DNA from: Epiperipatus broadwayi
Taxonomy: Eukaryota > Animalia > Onychophora
NCBI GenBank assembly: GCA_028023455.1
Contig: JAQFVV010000004.1
Coordinates: 6,138,001-6,202,000 of the forward strand
Length of the DNA: 64,000 nucleotides
Direction: 5' to 3'
Part shown: piece after piece, positions 25,492 through 36,988 of the stretch
Layout: every line of letters begins with the position of its first letter
How positions within the stretch are numbered: position 1 is the first letter of the stretch
Position numbers and translations under genes: made by a program
Notes under the pieces: generated by a model
Told to the model about the DNA's origin: nothing
The model's database searches: none
Seen by the model: only the letters and a program-made list of their open reading frames with translations

Positions 25492-26320
25492 AGTTAAATT
25501 GGTACTTTTGTAGAAGCTGTACAATGGAAGTTCTCCAACTATATTTGTTTAATTATCCATTTTCAGGCGCCTCAACTATTTGTTTATATTTATTTTCTCA
25601 GAAATATTTTACCGAACATGTGTTACTTATTAAAATCAAGCAATATGGTGTAACAAGAAAATGAATTATAAGTTAGTGTTACCTTTAAAAAATATTACTA
25701 AATGGCTTATAAATTCCATTTCACAACATATAATTACCTTTTTTTTTTTTCTGAATATGATAGTGTATAAGAGTAAACACATTGTGGATATTGTTATCAT
25801 TATTTGGTAGCATTTTATTACGTTTAGTGTAATATTATTTTTGAGCTTTTACTTTACTTGTTTTTTGTGGAAATGATTAAAATTTGGGATCTTCCAATGG
25901 TAGAAGAAACAAAAAACACAGGGGAACTGCGGGACAATATATCAATTTTTATTTAGCAGAATTTATGTTGCACTGACTGTATAGATGAAGATGCATTTGT
26001 GGTGGTGATACATGCCATTAAGAATTTTTGTCTGCCGACATGAAGAACCCAAGTTTTGTAATACATCTTTGCTATATTTTCTTTGACCAGCTTTTTTATT
26101 TGTTATTTATATAAATTTTCTTTAATTACAATCATTTGTAGTTTTGTATATATATATATTTTTAGAATCATATTAAAAAAATATTAAATAATATAGCTTG
26201 TAGTTAGCTATATTGTTCACAATATTTTTTTGACACTCCTGTAAATGGATTATTAAAACAAAGATGGCTGGCAAACTTCTGTCCTACAGCTTCTACAAAA
26301 GTATCATTAAATTTACTTAA
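25492..26320. mobile_element. old TIR element (about 100-bp imperfect arms) with a possible Tc1/mariner remnant
   Basis: tacttttgtagaagctgta (25503-25521) is perfectly inverted at 26285-26303 and the homology extends about 100 bp; the interior IDEDAF...KNF resembles a DE-motif region only weakly. Confidence 0.6.
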
Positions 26321-27370
26321 TTAATTAAATAAAATATATTATCAAATATCAAATATTTAGCAGTCGTAAATAATCATAAGTAAGGAAGACTAAAATTTCC
26401 CTGCTGGACTAATATGTAAGTACCCTGATATCTTGCAGAAAACTCAACATTTTTTTTCAATATTAATAATTTCTAATATTTTTTAGTCATTGTTTAATGA
26501 TATATAATTCTATTCTGTGTATAACTTAAGCAATTCTTGATACAAATGGTAGCATTACATCATGTTAATAAAAAAGATATTGCCAGCATTCCTTTTAGAA
26601 TGTTTGCATTTAATCGCTAAAAAATTTGTAATACAATTGTTTTGAAAGTTGGATTAATGTATTTCAAAAATTTTCAACAGCAGTGATTTAATGAATTTTA
26701 GGCAATTGGTTTTGTTTCAAGAAAAAAATTTTCAATTTCCAAAAGCAAAAATAAGTAGAAATGAAATAAAAGAACTAAAGATTTTTTTGTTATTAAAATT
26801 GAACTGTATATTTAAATTATTATTTACATTTACTGTCAGTATTCAATTTTTTTATTATTTTTATTTTGTAAAAATATTTAAGCACTATTGTAACAATTGT
26901 AATACAATTTTTGCAACATCTAAATATTCAAGTAAATAAACTTCATTGATAATTTATTCTGAATTACTTAAGAAGTATAGCTGATAAATTTTTTCCAACT
27001 CTTCTACATCATTACTTTAGAAGTGTTTAAAATACTTTTAAAATTAATAATTATCATTTAAAATATATATTTATATTGGAATTTTGATGTCATTTTTGAA
27101 AAAAAAATGTTTCTTTGACAAGTAATAATGCAATTTAGAGTGAAAAGTAGAAATATGAATAGAATCTAAGAGACCAGAAATAATTATATAGTCATTTACA
27201 AATATATATTTAAATAATTTTTAAAAAATGCAAATACTTTTCAAATAAACTTGTTTAATGGAGAACAGAAATAAAAATAAATACAATGTTTATTGTTTAT
27301 ATTATAAATATATATTTAATTTTATTTGAACAATAATTATTTAAGTTTATTGTGTAAATATATGTATTTG

Positions 27371-27517
27371 TAATTGTAAAGAGGAAGTAACTACCTCCCA
27401 CCGAGTTATGTGGCATCAAAAACCATTGAAAAGATAGAATGACTTCACATTCTATGTTTTCATTGATTTTTGACTTACATAACTTGGTGGGAGGTAGTTA
27501 CTTCCGCTTTGCAATTA
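27371..27517. repeat. foldback hairpin, about 70-bp arms and 6-nt loop
   Basis: taattgtaaagaggaagtaactacctcccaccgagttatg...gatagaatg-acttca-cattctatg...cataacttggtgggaggtagttacttccgctttgcaatta. Confidence 0.9.
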
Positions 27518-28032
27518 TAGATATGTAGAAGTTATGATTATTTATTTATTAAAATATATATTTGTAGGTTGATTTGTTTATAATGGTATTGATATTTATG
27601 TCCATTATTAATTCTATATCAATGGCAAGCTTTCAACTTGTAACTTGACAAATGTATTAATTTGCAATAGATACTTTATTTCACAATTTTTTTTTTGTGA
27701 ATGAGTGAGAACGTTAACAAAAGTTGATATGTTATGATAGATTTTATAACAGAATTTTGTTTGAGATAAAATAATTATAAAAATGTAAGAGACTTGAAAT
27801 AAAAAGTCTAAATAATTTTTGTAAAAAAAAAAAGCAGCAGGAAAAAGTACTCAAAAGTTTGATAAACAATTAAGTTAATGTAAACTGCATGCAAGAGGAT
27901 ATATCTCATTATGGAATCAGTTAACTTGAAAATAGAATCTGGCCTCAGAATGATATTATAAAGTGAATCTACTGTAGGAATATCAAACTGATAAATATAA
28001 TATTCCTGTAGTGTAATTTTTATTGCACCATT

Positions 28033-28460
28033 ACAGAAATATTATTTATTAAGTGGATAATCTCTAGTCTAATGTATGACTAATAAAAATTATTAATAAA
28101 TGTCCATTAAATGATTTATGTCAAAGTTGTGAGGGCAGTAAGTTTGACACCTATCAATCAAACTATAGTAATTCTCTATCTATATATACTGAACACTGAT
28201 AGACCTATGTATAAGAGATTGTGATCTAGGCCAACTGATGAGTGCTAGTTTAGCATGAAATGTGCATTTTAGGGATCATATATTTTTTTTACATGTCTTT
28301 AGTCATGTGTTTCTGATTATATCTTTCCACAGGGTGTTAAAGTGGATAAAAAAGTCTCTACCTTATATGAGAGTAGGGTAGTGAAAATTAAACTACAGAA
28401 ATATTATTCATTAAGTTGATAAACTTTAGTTTAATGATTGATTAATAAAAATTATTATTT
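28033..28460 (+). mobile_element. diverged retrozyme family A copy flanked by about 65-bp imperfect direct repeats (period 362 bp)
   Basis: acagaaatattatt(t/c)attaagt(g/t)gataa at 28033 and 28395; contains a hammerhead homologous to 36470. Confidence 0.6.
28230..28274 (+). ncRNA. partly decayed type I hammerhead (family A)
   Basis: GCCAA-CUGAUGA-GUGCU-AGUUU-AGCAU-GAAA-UGUGCA-UU^UUAGGG: core intact, stem II closed by G-U, stem I weakened. Confidence 0.7.
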
Positions 28461-29508
28461 TAAATATAGTTTATATCATTACACGTTTGGTATCCAAGTT
28501 ATGGACTGGATAGATAATCATCAATGATGTACACAATTCTTTTAATTATATAAATTGAAGTACCAATGTATGGCTATATATATATTATTGATTTTAAGAT
28601 TCATTGTGTTGCAATGTGTACTTAAATATCTATGAACTAATTTTTTTTTTTTTGTTATATTGTTTAAAAAAAAAGTTGTTTTAAAAAGATTTATTTAATA
28701 AATGAATATTTAATTAACTATAATATTATTTTAAGCATTCTTAGAAATATGATATTTTCAATATAGTAATGTTTTATAAATTGAGCATTCAACAATAAAG
28801 ATTTATATATTTTTTTCCAAATAGATTAGATTATATAAGATATATTATTTTAAAATTTCTTTTAAATTTTGTTTATAAATGTTTAATTATTTATGCTAAT
28901 AAAATAATTAATACATTTATAAATAATTTATAAAATATACCATATTATTAAAATAATATTATAGTAAACTAACTTTTAGTTGTACTCTATGTAATAATAA
29001 TAATAAAATGGTTTTTGCTATATAGCTTATTTAATAGAGAAATTTCATTGCAATTCTAATTCTAATTTCTTTATCATTATTTCAATCATTGTTCAGCATT
29101 AACTTGATTCACAAGTAGAATTAAGATATTTTATTTTTTATTATTATCATTTCTTATACCTTTAATTAATTTTATTCATATTTATTTTACATTTTTAAAA
29201 TAAATGTCATCAATCTGTGTTCATCACTTTTTATATTTAATGTAAATTTTCTTCTATATCTTTTTCTAATTGCACCCAAAGTATTACTTAAATAATAAGT
29301 GTGATAATGCTGAAGGCTAAATGAGTTTTTAAGTAATCATTAAAATCAGTCAACACTTAGATATCCATAACAACCAACAATCTCAACATGTAATCAATGC
29401 AATCTCAGGTTGAGAATGTTGATTGATATTGGGTTTGACTATGATTCTATATTTTATACAGAATTTGTATATTATTTTTAAATAAGCATTTATCTTTTCT
29501 TAGTAATA

Positions 29509-30040
29509 TATTCAAATATCAGCCTTTCAAGCTAATTGTGCATACGCTTTTGCGAGTGTTAATAATAATAAATGAATACTTTCCTTTCCAATACAAGATA
29601 TAGTATTTATGCAGGAATAAAATGAATCCATTTATTCCTACGACTCAAATGCTTCTATATGAGCAAATCTGAAGCACTGGCAAAGAAAGCGTGAAGATGG
29701 AACAGTCACTTTAAATTACTATATACGATGTCTGAATGAATGTCGTCGGTGAAGTTGTCTAGAATTTACTAAATGTCATTCCAACTGAAACTTAATCATA
29801 TGTAAAAAAGCATTTATTTTATATAGCGTATATAGTAATTTAAAGTGACTGTTCCATCTTCACGCTTTCTTTGCCAGTACTTCAGATTTGCTCATATATA
29901 AGCATTTGAGTCGTAGGAATAAGTGGATTCATTTTATTCCTGCATAAATACTATATCTTGTATTGGAAAGTATTCATTTATTATTATTAACACTCGCAAA
30001 AGCGTATGCACAATTAGCTTGAAAGGCTGATATTTGAATG
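29509..30040. mobile_element. MITE with about 215-bp near-perfect TIRs and TA flanks (Tc1/mariner-type)
   Basis: Arms 29509-29727 and 29827-30040 are reverse complements with few differences; 99-bp spacer; TA at 29507-29508 and 30041-30042. Confidence 0.9.
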
Positions 30041-31899
30041 TAATACAATTGTAAACATACGCTAAATAAAATAAATGCTTTTCTTAGTAAGAAAACTTAG
30101 ATTTAGGAATATATATTATTTTTTAAAATCTTAAAAATATTTTTTTTAAAGACTCTTTCAAAATCAGTTTTTACAATTACATTAAGCAGTAATTGTAAAG
30201 ATGAATTTTATAGTCATTTTTCAAAATCATAATTTCTATTATAGATATTCTAACTCTTTTCTACTCTCCTTTAGCAAGTCTTCAGAAATATATTCATTTT
30301 AATATTTTAATTAACAATGTTGAAATCCTGTTACAATTTTTTTATCTTTTGATTTCTTTCATTTTTTGTGCTAAGACATTTTTTGTTTTGTTTAGCAACT
30401 GCTTGATTTTTATAATTTTTTTTCCTAATCAAATTGTTTATATGTTGAAACAAACATTTTTTTTTTCAATTTCTTTATGATTATATTTTTTATCCAGCTA
30501 AACTCTTCTAGCTGTATCTGTATTTTTTTGCTTTGTTAATTTTTGTGCCTATAATTTTATTATCTTCATTATTTTATAAATATATTTTTCTTCTTTCTAC
30601 TAATTATCTTTTTAGTAAAACATGTATTTTTAAAATGTTTTCTTATATTCCATTTTCTATACAGTTGTTGCTTTTTAGTTTTTAAATCATCTTTGGATTA
30701 TTACGTAACCCAAATGAAATATGTTTCTAGACAATCAGAAAACAGTTGAATACTTTAATAAGTATAAGTCATATTCTTTTTCTATAAAATTTTATTTTTA
30801 TATCTCTCATTTTGTAATCTCAGTCTTTCATTATTATAACTTTTTTCAAATTTTTTCTTGTACTTTTATATTGTACTAATGTAGGTCGTTACATAATATT
30901 TCTAGTATTTATCGAGAGTGAATTTTATTGAAAGAATTTTAAAAGTTTAAAAAAAAAAGATTTTCATGAAAGCTTGAGAAAAAGAAAAGAACAAAAGAAA
31001 GGGGAAGGGGAAAGATTTCTGTAATGAATAATAATTAAAGGAAAAAACGATTAACATTGTTAGTTTTAAATTAATGTATAACATAAATATCTCGTTTTTA
31101 TCTTGTAATATGGAGTGTGTGCGTCTATAAATAAAATTTAAAAGAAAGGAATCTTTTTAAAATGATAAAATTGAAAGCTAGTGCAATGCAAATAAAAGAA
31201 CTTAACATCAAAACAAAGGAAATATAATTAACAAACAAAGGGACTAACTACTACTATTTGATTAAAATAAAAAACCAATGGAAGGACTATAACGAATCTT
31301 GAACTTTTAAATTAAAGGAGTGAAAGCCCAATAGAATTGCTGCAGATTGCTCGATCGATCGTCAGATAAGGAACACTGTCTATATAAGGGAGATATTGTA
31401 TTGTTATATTCATTCATTCATTAAAAAATCATTAAAAAGTTATTAATTATCAGAATTTGTCAAAATTTGATCTAAAAAAAATATTGAATAACTCAGAATG
31501 AACGTCCTATCATATAGAATGCACTGCTGAACCTATCAGATCGTGCGGACGGCCTGAACCCCCTCTGCAATAACATCAGCAGTTAGTTCCAGGGAGAAAT
31601 CATGTTCGTGTGAAAACTGGAAATCATCGGAGTGTCCATGCCAAGATCCACAAGTAAATTCCTATACATACCAACTGGTTGAAGTCAGCAAAAAGCTACA
31701 TTGCCTTATTCGCGTATGAAATTGTTCAATTCCTAGGTAAATCATTCATTTTCTTTTGTCTTCAAAATCTTGATTCATAGCCATAAATAAGTGAGAGAAA
31801 CTTTTAACCATCTCAAGAACTACAAGTTAGATTTAATCAAGTATAGAACTATTAATTTCCATGATCTAACTACATGCATTAGCTTTCATAATAAGATTG

Positions 31900-32410
31900 T
31901 GAAATCAGATATCTCATTAATTATGTGTGTACGTTGTATGATTAAATATGTATTTATTTTATTTTATTATTTATATATATATGTGTGTGATTTGAAACGT
32001 ATTAAATATGTATACTTTAATAGAATGTGTGTTCGCATTTATTATAAGGCAAGAGCGAGCATTTAAAGAAAGTTGGATAAAATATTTTAATTATTATCGG
32101 TAGGTAAATAATTTGAGGTAATGTTAAAAGTGAGGGAGGGATTTATGCCATAGAATTAATAACGCATAAGTATTCTATTGGTCAAATATTTGTGACATAA
32201 CTATTGAGAAATAGAGATAATAGTATAGGCGGAGAATTGAGCAGAGTTAAAGTCTGATGAGCTAGCTGGGGAGGTCAGGTACTAAATTCATAGCTGGTTG
32301 AGCAAGTAAGTATGTTAGTTACATTGTAATTAACTGGTGCCTAAAGGTTTTTTCCTTAAAATAAAGTGCTTGCATGACCAGTGTTATAATTTAGTAGCAG
32401 AGGGTTGGTA
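31900..32410 (+). mobile_element. LTR remnant ending at a tRNA-iMet-like PBS; left boundary uncertain
   Basis: aataaa at about 32360, then tagtagcagagggttggt (32392-32409), close to TGGTAGCAGAGGATGGT, the complement of the tRNA-iMet 3' end. Confidence 0.4.
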
Positions 32411-32906
32411 TTATTGGTAGCTTGCTATCAGTGATATTATTATCTCTACCTGAAAAATCGGAAGCCTTCAAAGATAGTAATAGAAACTAAATGAAAGGGA
32501 TAGAATGAATAAATCTAAAAGAATAAATTTTCCATTTTTTGTTTACAAAGAAAGAGACTAATGGTGCAATATATATATAAATTCTGTCTTATCAGAAAAA
32601 TGTTTGTTTTAATGGGCATATAAATTCAGAATATAGCAGGATCTCTTGAAACAATTTTCAATGTAATTATCATCAATGTATCATTAAATTTTTATTCAAC
32701 CTATTGCTTATTTTTTATGACTATTCTTAGTTTGTTATTGATTTTTAACATTAGATTCTCAAACTTTTCTGGTTGATTCATTGTTGTAAATTTCATTTAC
32801 TTGTTATTACATTTTTCTGTAGACTGCTGTCTCTGGCATAACTTGTGCATCCCTGGGGAATCATTCTCAAGTTAATAAACTAATGAATTTATATTTTTAT
32901 TTTTAG

Positions 32907-33063
32907 GTACGACACCAGTGATTTGTACAAACCAAGAGCCACAAACAGTGGCAGATCAAGTAGATTCTGTAGGAGGGAATCCCCATCAAGAAAATATAAA
33001 AGAACATTATCACGAGATGATAGCTCCCGAGGATTAAATCATGATAAAAGATCTCATCGATGA
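32907..33063 (+). CDS. candidate last coding exon of an Arg/Ser-rich host protein
   Basis: Acceptor atttttattttttag|g; frame YDTSDLYKPRATNSGRSSRFCRRESPSRKYKRTLSRDDSSRGLNHDKRSHR* with stop at 33061-33063; donor-like gtacgt at 33065. No upstream exons confidently found. Confidence 0.4.
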
Positions 33064-34974
33064 TGTACGTTGATAATATTTATATCATATTTCATTAAAT
33101 GTATAGATTATTTTTTAAAGTCATGTCATTTTTTAAGGCACAATTCTGTAAAAATTTTAACTGTGCATTCAGCTGGAATAAAATTCTGTCTTGTAAATAT
33201 ATGTAAACATTTTGTTTATGGTATTAAGAAATTCATTATTATTATTTTTTTCACATAACTTTTCAATTGAACTTTTTCCAACAATTTATTCATTTTATTC
33301 TTATCTACATATACTCATGCATTCAGTAAATCTACTAATTTGAATGTCAAAATTCTAAGCAGAGTATAACAGTTTTGTTAAAATCATTTTCTTCCGTTGG
33401 GAATTGATACAGGGTTATCGGTTCACAATTAACTGCCATCTTTACTGCTCAATTCTGTGGGTATTATTTCATCATCAAATAAGGTTGCTATGATTTATTG
33501 GCAAATCCACATTTTTTATATAATTAAGATTCATTAATTACTTAATTAACTGTTATATGTTCTAATTGCCATTTTCTGAGAGGTTTTTTATTTTTTTGAT
33601 TAGAGTTATGAATGCCAATAATGCAAAATTATATTTTAAATGCATGCTAATTATTATTATCGTATTTTGTTTCATTTTATTATCTTAAAAATTATAATTA
33701 AAACAATTTAAACAACATGTTTGATTGGTCTATAATGTATTTTATTATTTTTTTCAAAAATGATACATTTAATGTTTTTCCATCTATGCATATTTATTAT
33801 TTGATTCTGAAGAGATTGTCATATACTGTTTCACTTCCTATGATCTACTTAATTTTTGAGTTTTACATATGTATTCACTAATGCATTTATACATACTACA
33901 CCATGTAAGAACATTCATCTTTCTCCTATTCTCCTATCTTATATTTTGTTCTCAAGAACACTTTGTGAAAGCTTAGTATGTCATAAAATATACTCCAAAT
34001 AAGTCTTCTCCTCCTATCAGTCAGCACACTACAGAATGTATAGATTTGACTTTATTTATTTTATCCATTCTATCTTATAGTAATATCATATTTCAAATGC
34101 TTCTATGTAAATTATTCCTTTTTGTTCAAGATAGTGTAATTGACCAAACATACCAGGTGACAATCTGTCGTTAAATTCAAAATCATTTTTCTTTCTCTGA
34201 AAGCTAATCTTTGTTCATATGTTTCATTTTCCTATATCTGGTTCAATATTCTCTCTGAGCATACATTGAAGAGACTTGAAAATGGTGGACATCATTGTCT
34301 AATTCCTCTATTTATTATCACTGATTTCCTCACTTGATAACTTACCTCCAATTTACCTTTCATATACACTTTTTATCAAACTGAAAATAGCACTATCTAT
34401 GCTAATCTCTCTGAGAAAAGTCTACTTTGAAATTACATCAAATGCCTGCTTGTAGTCGATATAGCAAATAAAAAATGATCTCCCCTACTCCATCATCCTC
34501 TGCCAAAAAACATAAACTGCCAGTTATAAATCCATTTTTGATTTCATTCCCAAAACAGTAATAGCCGATTCAAACATTTTCTCTTTGTATTTATGGAAGA
34601 GATTTGGTAAAAAATGAACATTCCAGTGTATTCCTCAATAAGTTCCTTACATAATATCATAAATGCAGCCATTAAACTTATAGTTACAGCATTGATTGCA
34701 AACTGTTATATCTGATCTTTTTGGTATGGGAAAAACCAGGAATATAATAAAATCGAAAAGCCGTATTCTACTTTTATAAATGTTTCTAACATAATAAAAC
34801 AGTATTGTTTTAAATAAATCCATCTATCTTTTGACAATTAAACAGGTCACAGTTGGTTTCTGACTCCTTGTCAATAGATACCAAATTTAGCATACTGTTT
34901 TATCTATTTTTGCTTGGGAATAAAATTTCATTTAAATCATTATGTTTGAGGATCCACAAACAAATATGTCTCTT

Positions 34975-35308
34975 AATAGTCAAAATAAGAGTCATAGATC
35001 ACATGACCCTATTCTCTTAAACTTGTAAGTTATAAACAATGAGGATCAGCCCCATATAGCTATTTGAGTTGGATAGCTGGGTTTGAAGACATGTAGATGT
35101 CTGAAAATTTCAGATTTTCCACTCAATAGATAACTTTTAGTTAAATGCTGGCTTTGGGTTGGTATTTTTAGATCTAGTGTCTGAACCTACCTTGACACCT
35201 CTGAGGAGTGCCAAAGCACGAAACCATTGTCAGGGGTTTGGGGAGGGTTTCCTGACAGATATATTTTGAATGCTTTCTCTGGCTAAGCATTTACCACAAA
35301 GCTTGTTG
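34975..35308 (+). mobile_element. retrozyme family B copy 2 with inverted 5' segment and 15-bp TSD
   Basis: TSD acaaatatgtctctt at 34960-34974 and 35309-35323. 34975-35046 is in the same orientation as 10701-10770, but 35047-35306 is the reverse complement of about 10783-11045. Confidence 0.9.
35198..35236 (+). ncRNA. minimal type I hammerhead ribozyme (family B)
   Basis: CCU-CUGAGGA-GUGC-CAAA-GCAC-GAAA-C-CAUU-GUC^AGGGG; core intact, stem I shortened by a 2-nt deletion relative to copy 1. Confidence 0.82.
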
Positions 35309-35762
35309 ACAAATATGTCTCTTCTTTGCATGGTTTCTTTATATATATATATCTCCACTATGTACTTTTATCATCTGTCAAGATTCTTTTTCTATGGATG
35401 AAGAAGTTCATTGTAAATTAAGTATATTAGAACAAATTTTTTATCTTATGACTGGGGGCTGTTATTAAATATTGGATAATGCATTAGTAAGATTATTAAT
35501 TATGTGAAAAGAAAAATGTTATATCTCAATTATTTTATTAATATTTCTCAAATAAATACAGAGAACAAAAGAAAGAGTGTTTTCACACTTTCTGAAGCCT
35601 CGTACAAAGTTTTCAGCCACAAAAAAATTAAAGACAGTCATGAGCTGGAACAATTATGATCGAGCACTTGGAATTTATTATTATTTTATAAGTAATTCTA
35701 AATGTTTATTTTTTCTTTTCATCAAATAATGTAATTCTTATAAACTCATTACAATGGAGTAT

Positions 35763-35850
35763 TAATATTTACTAAGGCAATAAACCTCAAGCATGTGCAC
35801 TTGAAATTGCGAAGGTAGGGACCTCTACAGGTCTTAACCACAAGCTTAGA
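35763..35850 (+). repeat. single diverged arm of the 39092 foldback family
   Basis: taatatttactaaggc...gtagggacctctacaggtc-ttaaccacaagctta matches 39096-39182. Confidence 0.8.
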
Positions 35851-35899
35851 CTTTGCAAAAGGTAAAATTGAAGTTCAATAGTTTTATAATGCACTAAGC

Positions 35900-36365
35900 A
35901 TGTTTTTGACAGATTACTGCCAGAATCATAGTGCTGCTTAAAGTTTAGCAGTTAGAATTATGCAAACATATATGGATGTAGCATAATATGTAAATGAGGC
36001 TTAATATGTAAATATGGTATTTAAATGTTCCATTTTTTGAACAATGGAATACACGAATCCTTTCTGTTGATAGAATGTGTCTTTCTCAATCATTATCTCA
36101 CTATGGGCAACACTTTCACTCCCACCACTATGCTTAAAGTAACGATAGAAAAAAAAAAAATAAAGATGCTTGGGCAATCACAAACAATCCACATTTTATC
36201 AACAGAAAGCATCCATGCATTTCATTGTCGAAAAAATGGAACATTTAAATGCCGCATTTACATATTAAAACTCATTTACATAACAAACTACATCTATATA
36301 TATAGTCATAATTCTTACTGAAAAAGTTAAAACAGCACTGTGATTCTGGCAATAATATGCTGAAA
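35900..36365. mobile_element. older foldback MITE with about 190-bp imperfect arms
   Basis: attactgccagaatcatagtgctg...atttaaatgttccatttttt...ctttctgttgata (35913-36072) is inverted at about 36195-36355. Confidence 0.75.
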
Positions 36366-36469
36366 GCAGTGTGGAGTAGATTGAAGCCTGTCCATTAAAG
36401 TATGAGGTTTGGCTATCTTAATATATATCTGAGCACTTATAGCATATATGTGTAGAGATGGTAATCTGG

Positions 36470-36513
36470 ACCAACTGATGATTGCTGGCTTAGCATGAAA
36501 TACGTATATTGGT
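36470..36513 (+). ncRNA. minimal type I hammerhead ribozyme (family A)
   Basis: ACCAA-CUGAUGA-UUGCU-GGCUU-AGCAU-GAAA-UACGUA-UA^UUGGU: 5-bp stem I, stem II UGCU/AGCA with a U-U closing pair, palindromic AUACGUAU stem III, AUA triplet. Confidence 0.85.
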
Positions 36514-36944
36514 GATTATTTATCTTTTCAACATATATGTGTTCAAGTGTATCAATGTTATGAGATAGTGTGGAGAGTTGTGGGTCGTGTGAAGGCCTGT
36601 GCTCATATACCCTATATATTACATATATAGACACAGGTATATATAAGCCTGTGTGTTTCAGCTATTACATAAGTAGAGATGTCTGCCCATTTCTTCTATG
36701 TGTATTAAATGGATTATGTCCTGTACATAAGGGGTCAGATTGGCCTTAGGTCAACATGGGTGTGACAGGAATCTCAGCCTCAGGGTGGCCTTTGAGCACT
36801 CCATCATCATATTTTCAATTGGATGGATGGTTGAAGAGTTGGAGTGTGGAGTGGATTGAAGCCTGTCCATTAAAGTATGAGGTTTGGCTATCTTAATATA
36901 TATCTGAGCACTTACAGCATATATGTGTAGAGATGGTAATCTGG

Positions 36945-36988
36945 CCCAACTGATGATTGCTGGTTTAGCATGAAATACATATATTGGT
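36945..36988 (+). ncRNA. minimal type I hammerhead ribozyme (family A, second tandem copy)
   Basis: CCCAA-CUGAUGA-UUGCU-GGUUU-AGCAU-GAAA-UACAUA-UA^UUGGU. Confidence 0.82.

Larger units (their letters stand above)
33950..35450 (-). pseudogene. decayed RTE-clade LINE RT fragment, interrupted by retrozyme B copy 2
   Basis: YIDYKQAFDV (about 34433-34462) and RGIRQ*CPPFSSLFNV (about 34262-34309) on the minus strand. Confidence 0.75.

Noticed and set aside
32254-32275. ctgatgagctagct
   Set aside because: No downstream GAAA or closing stems.
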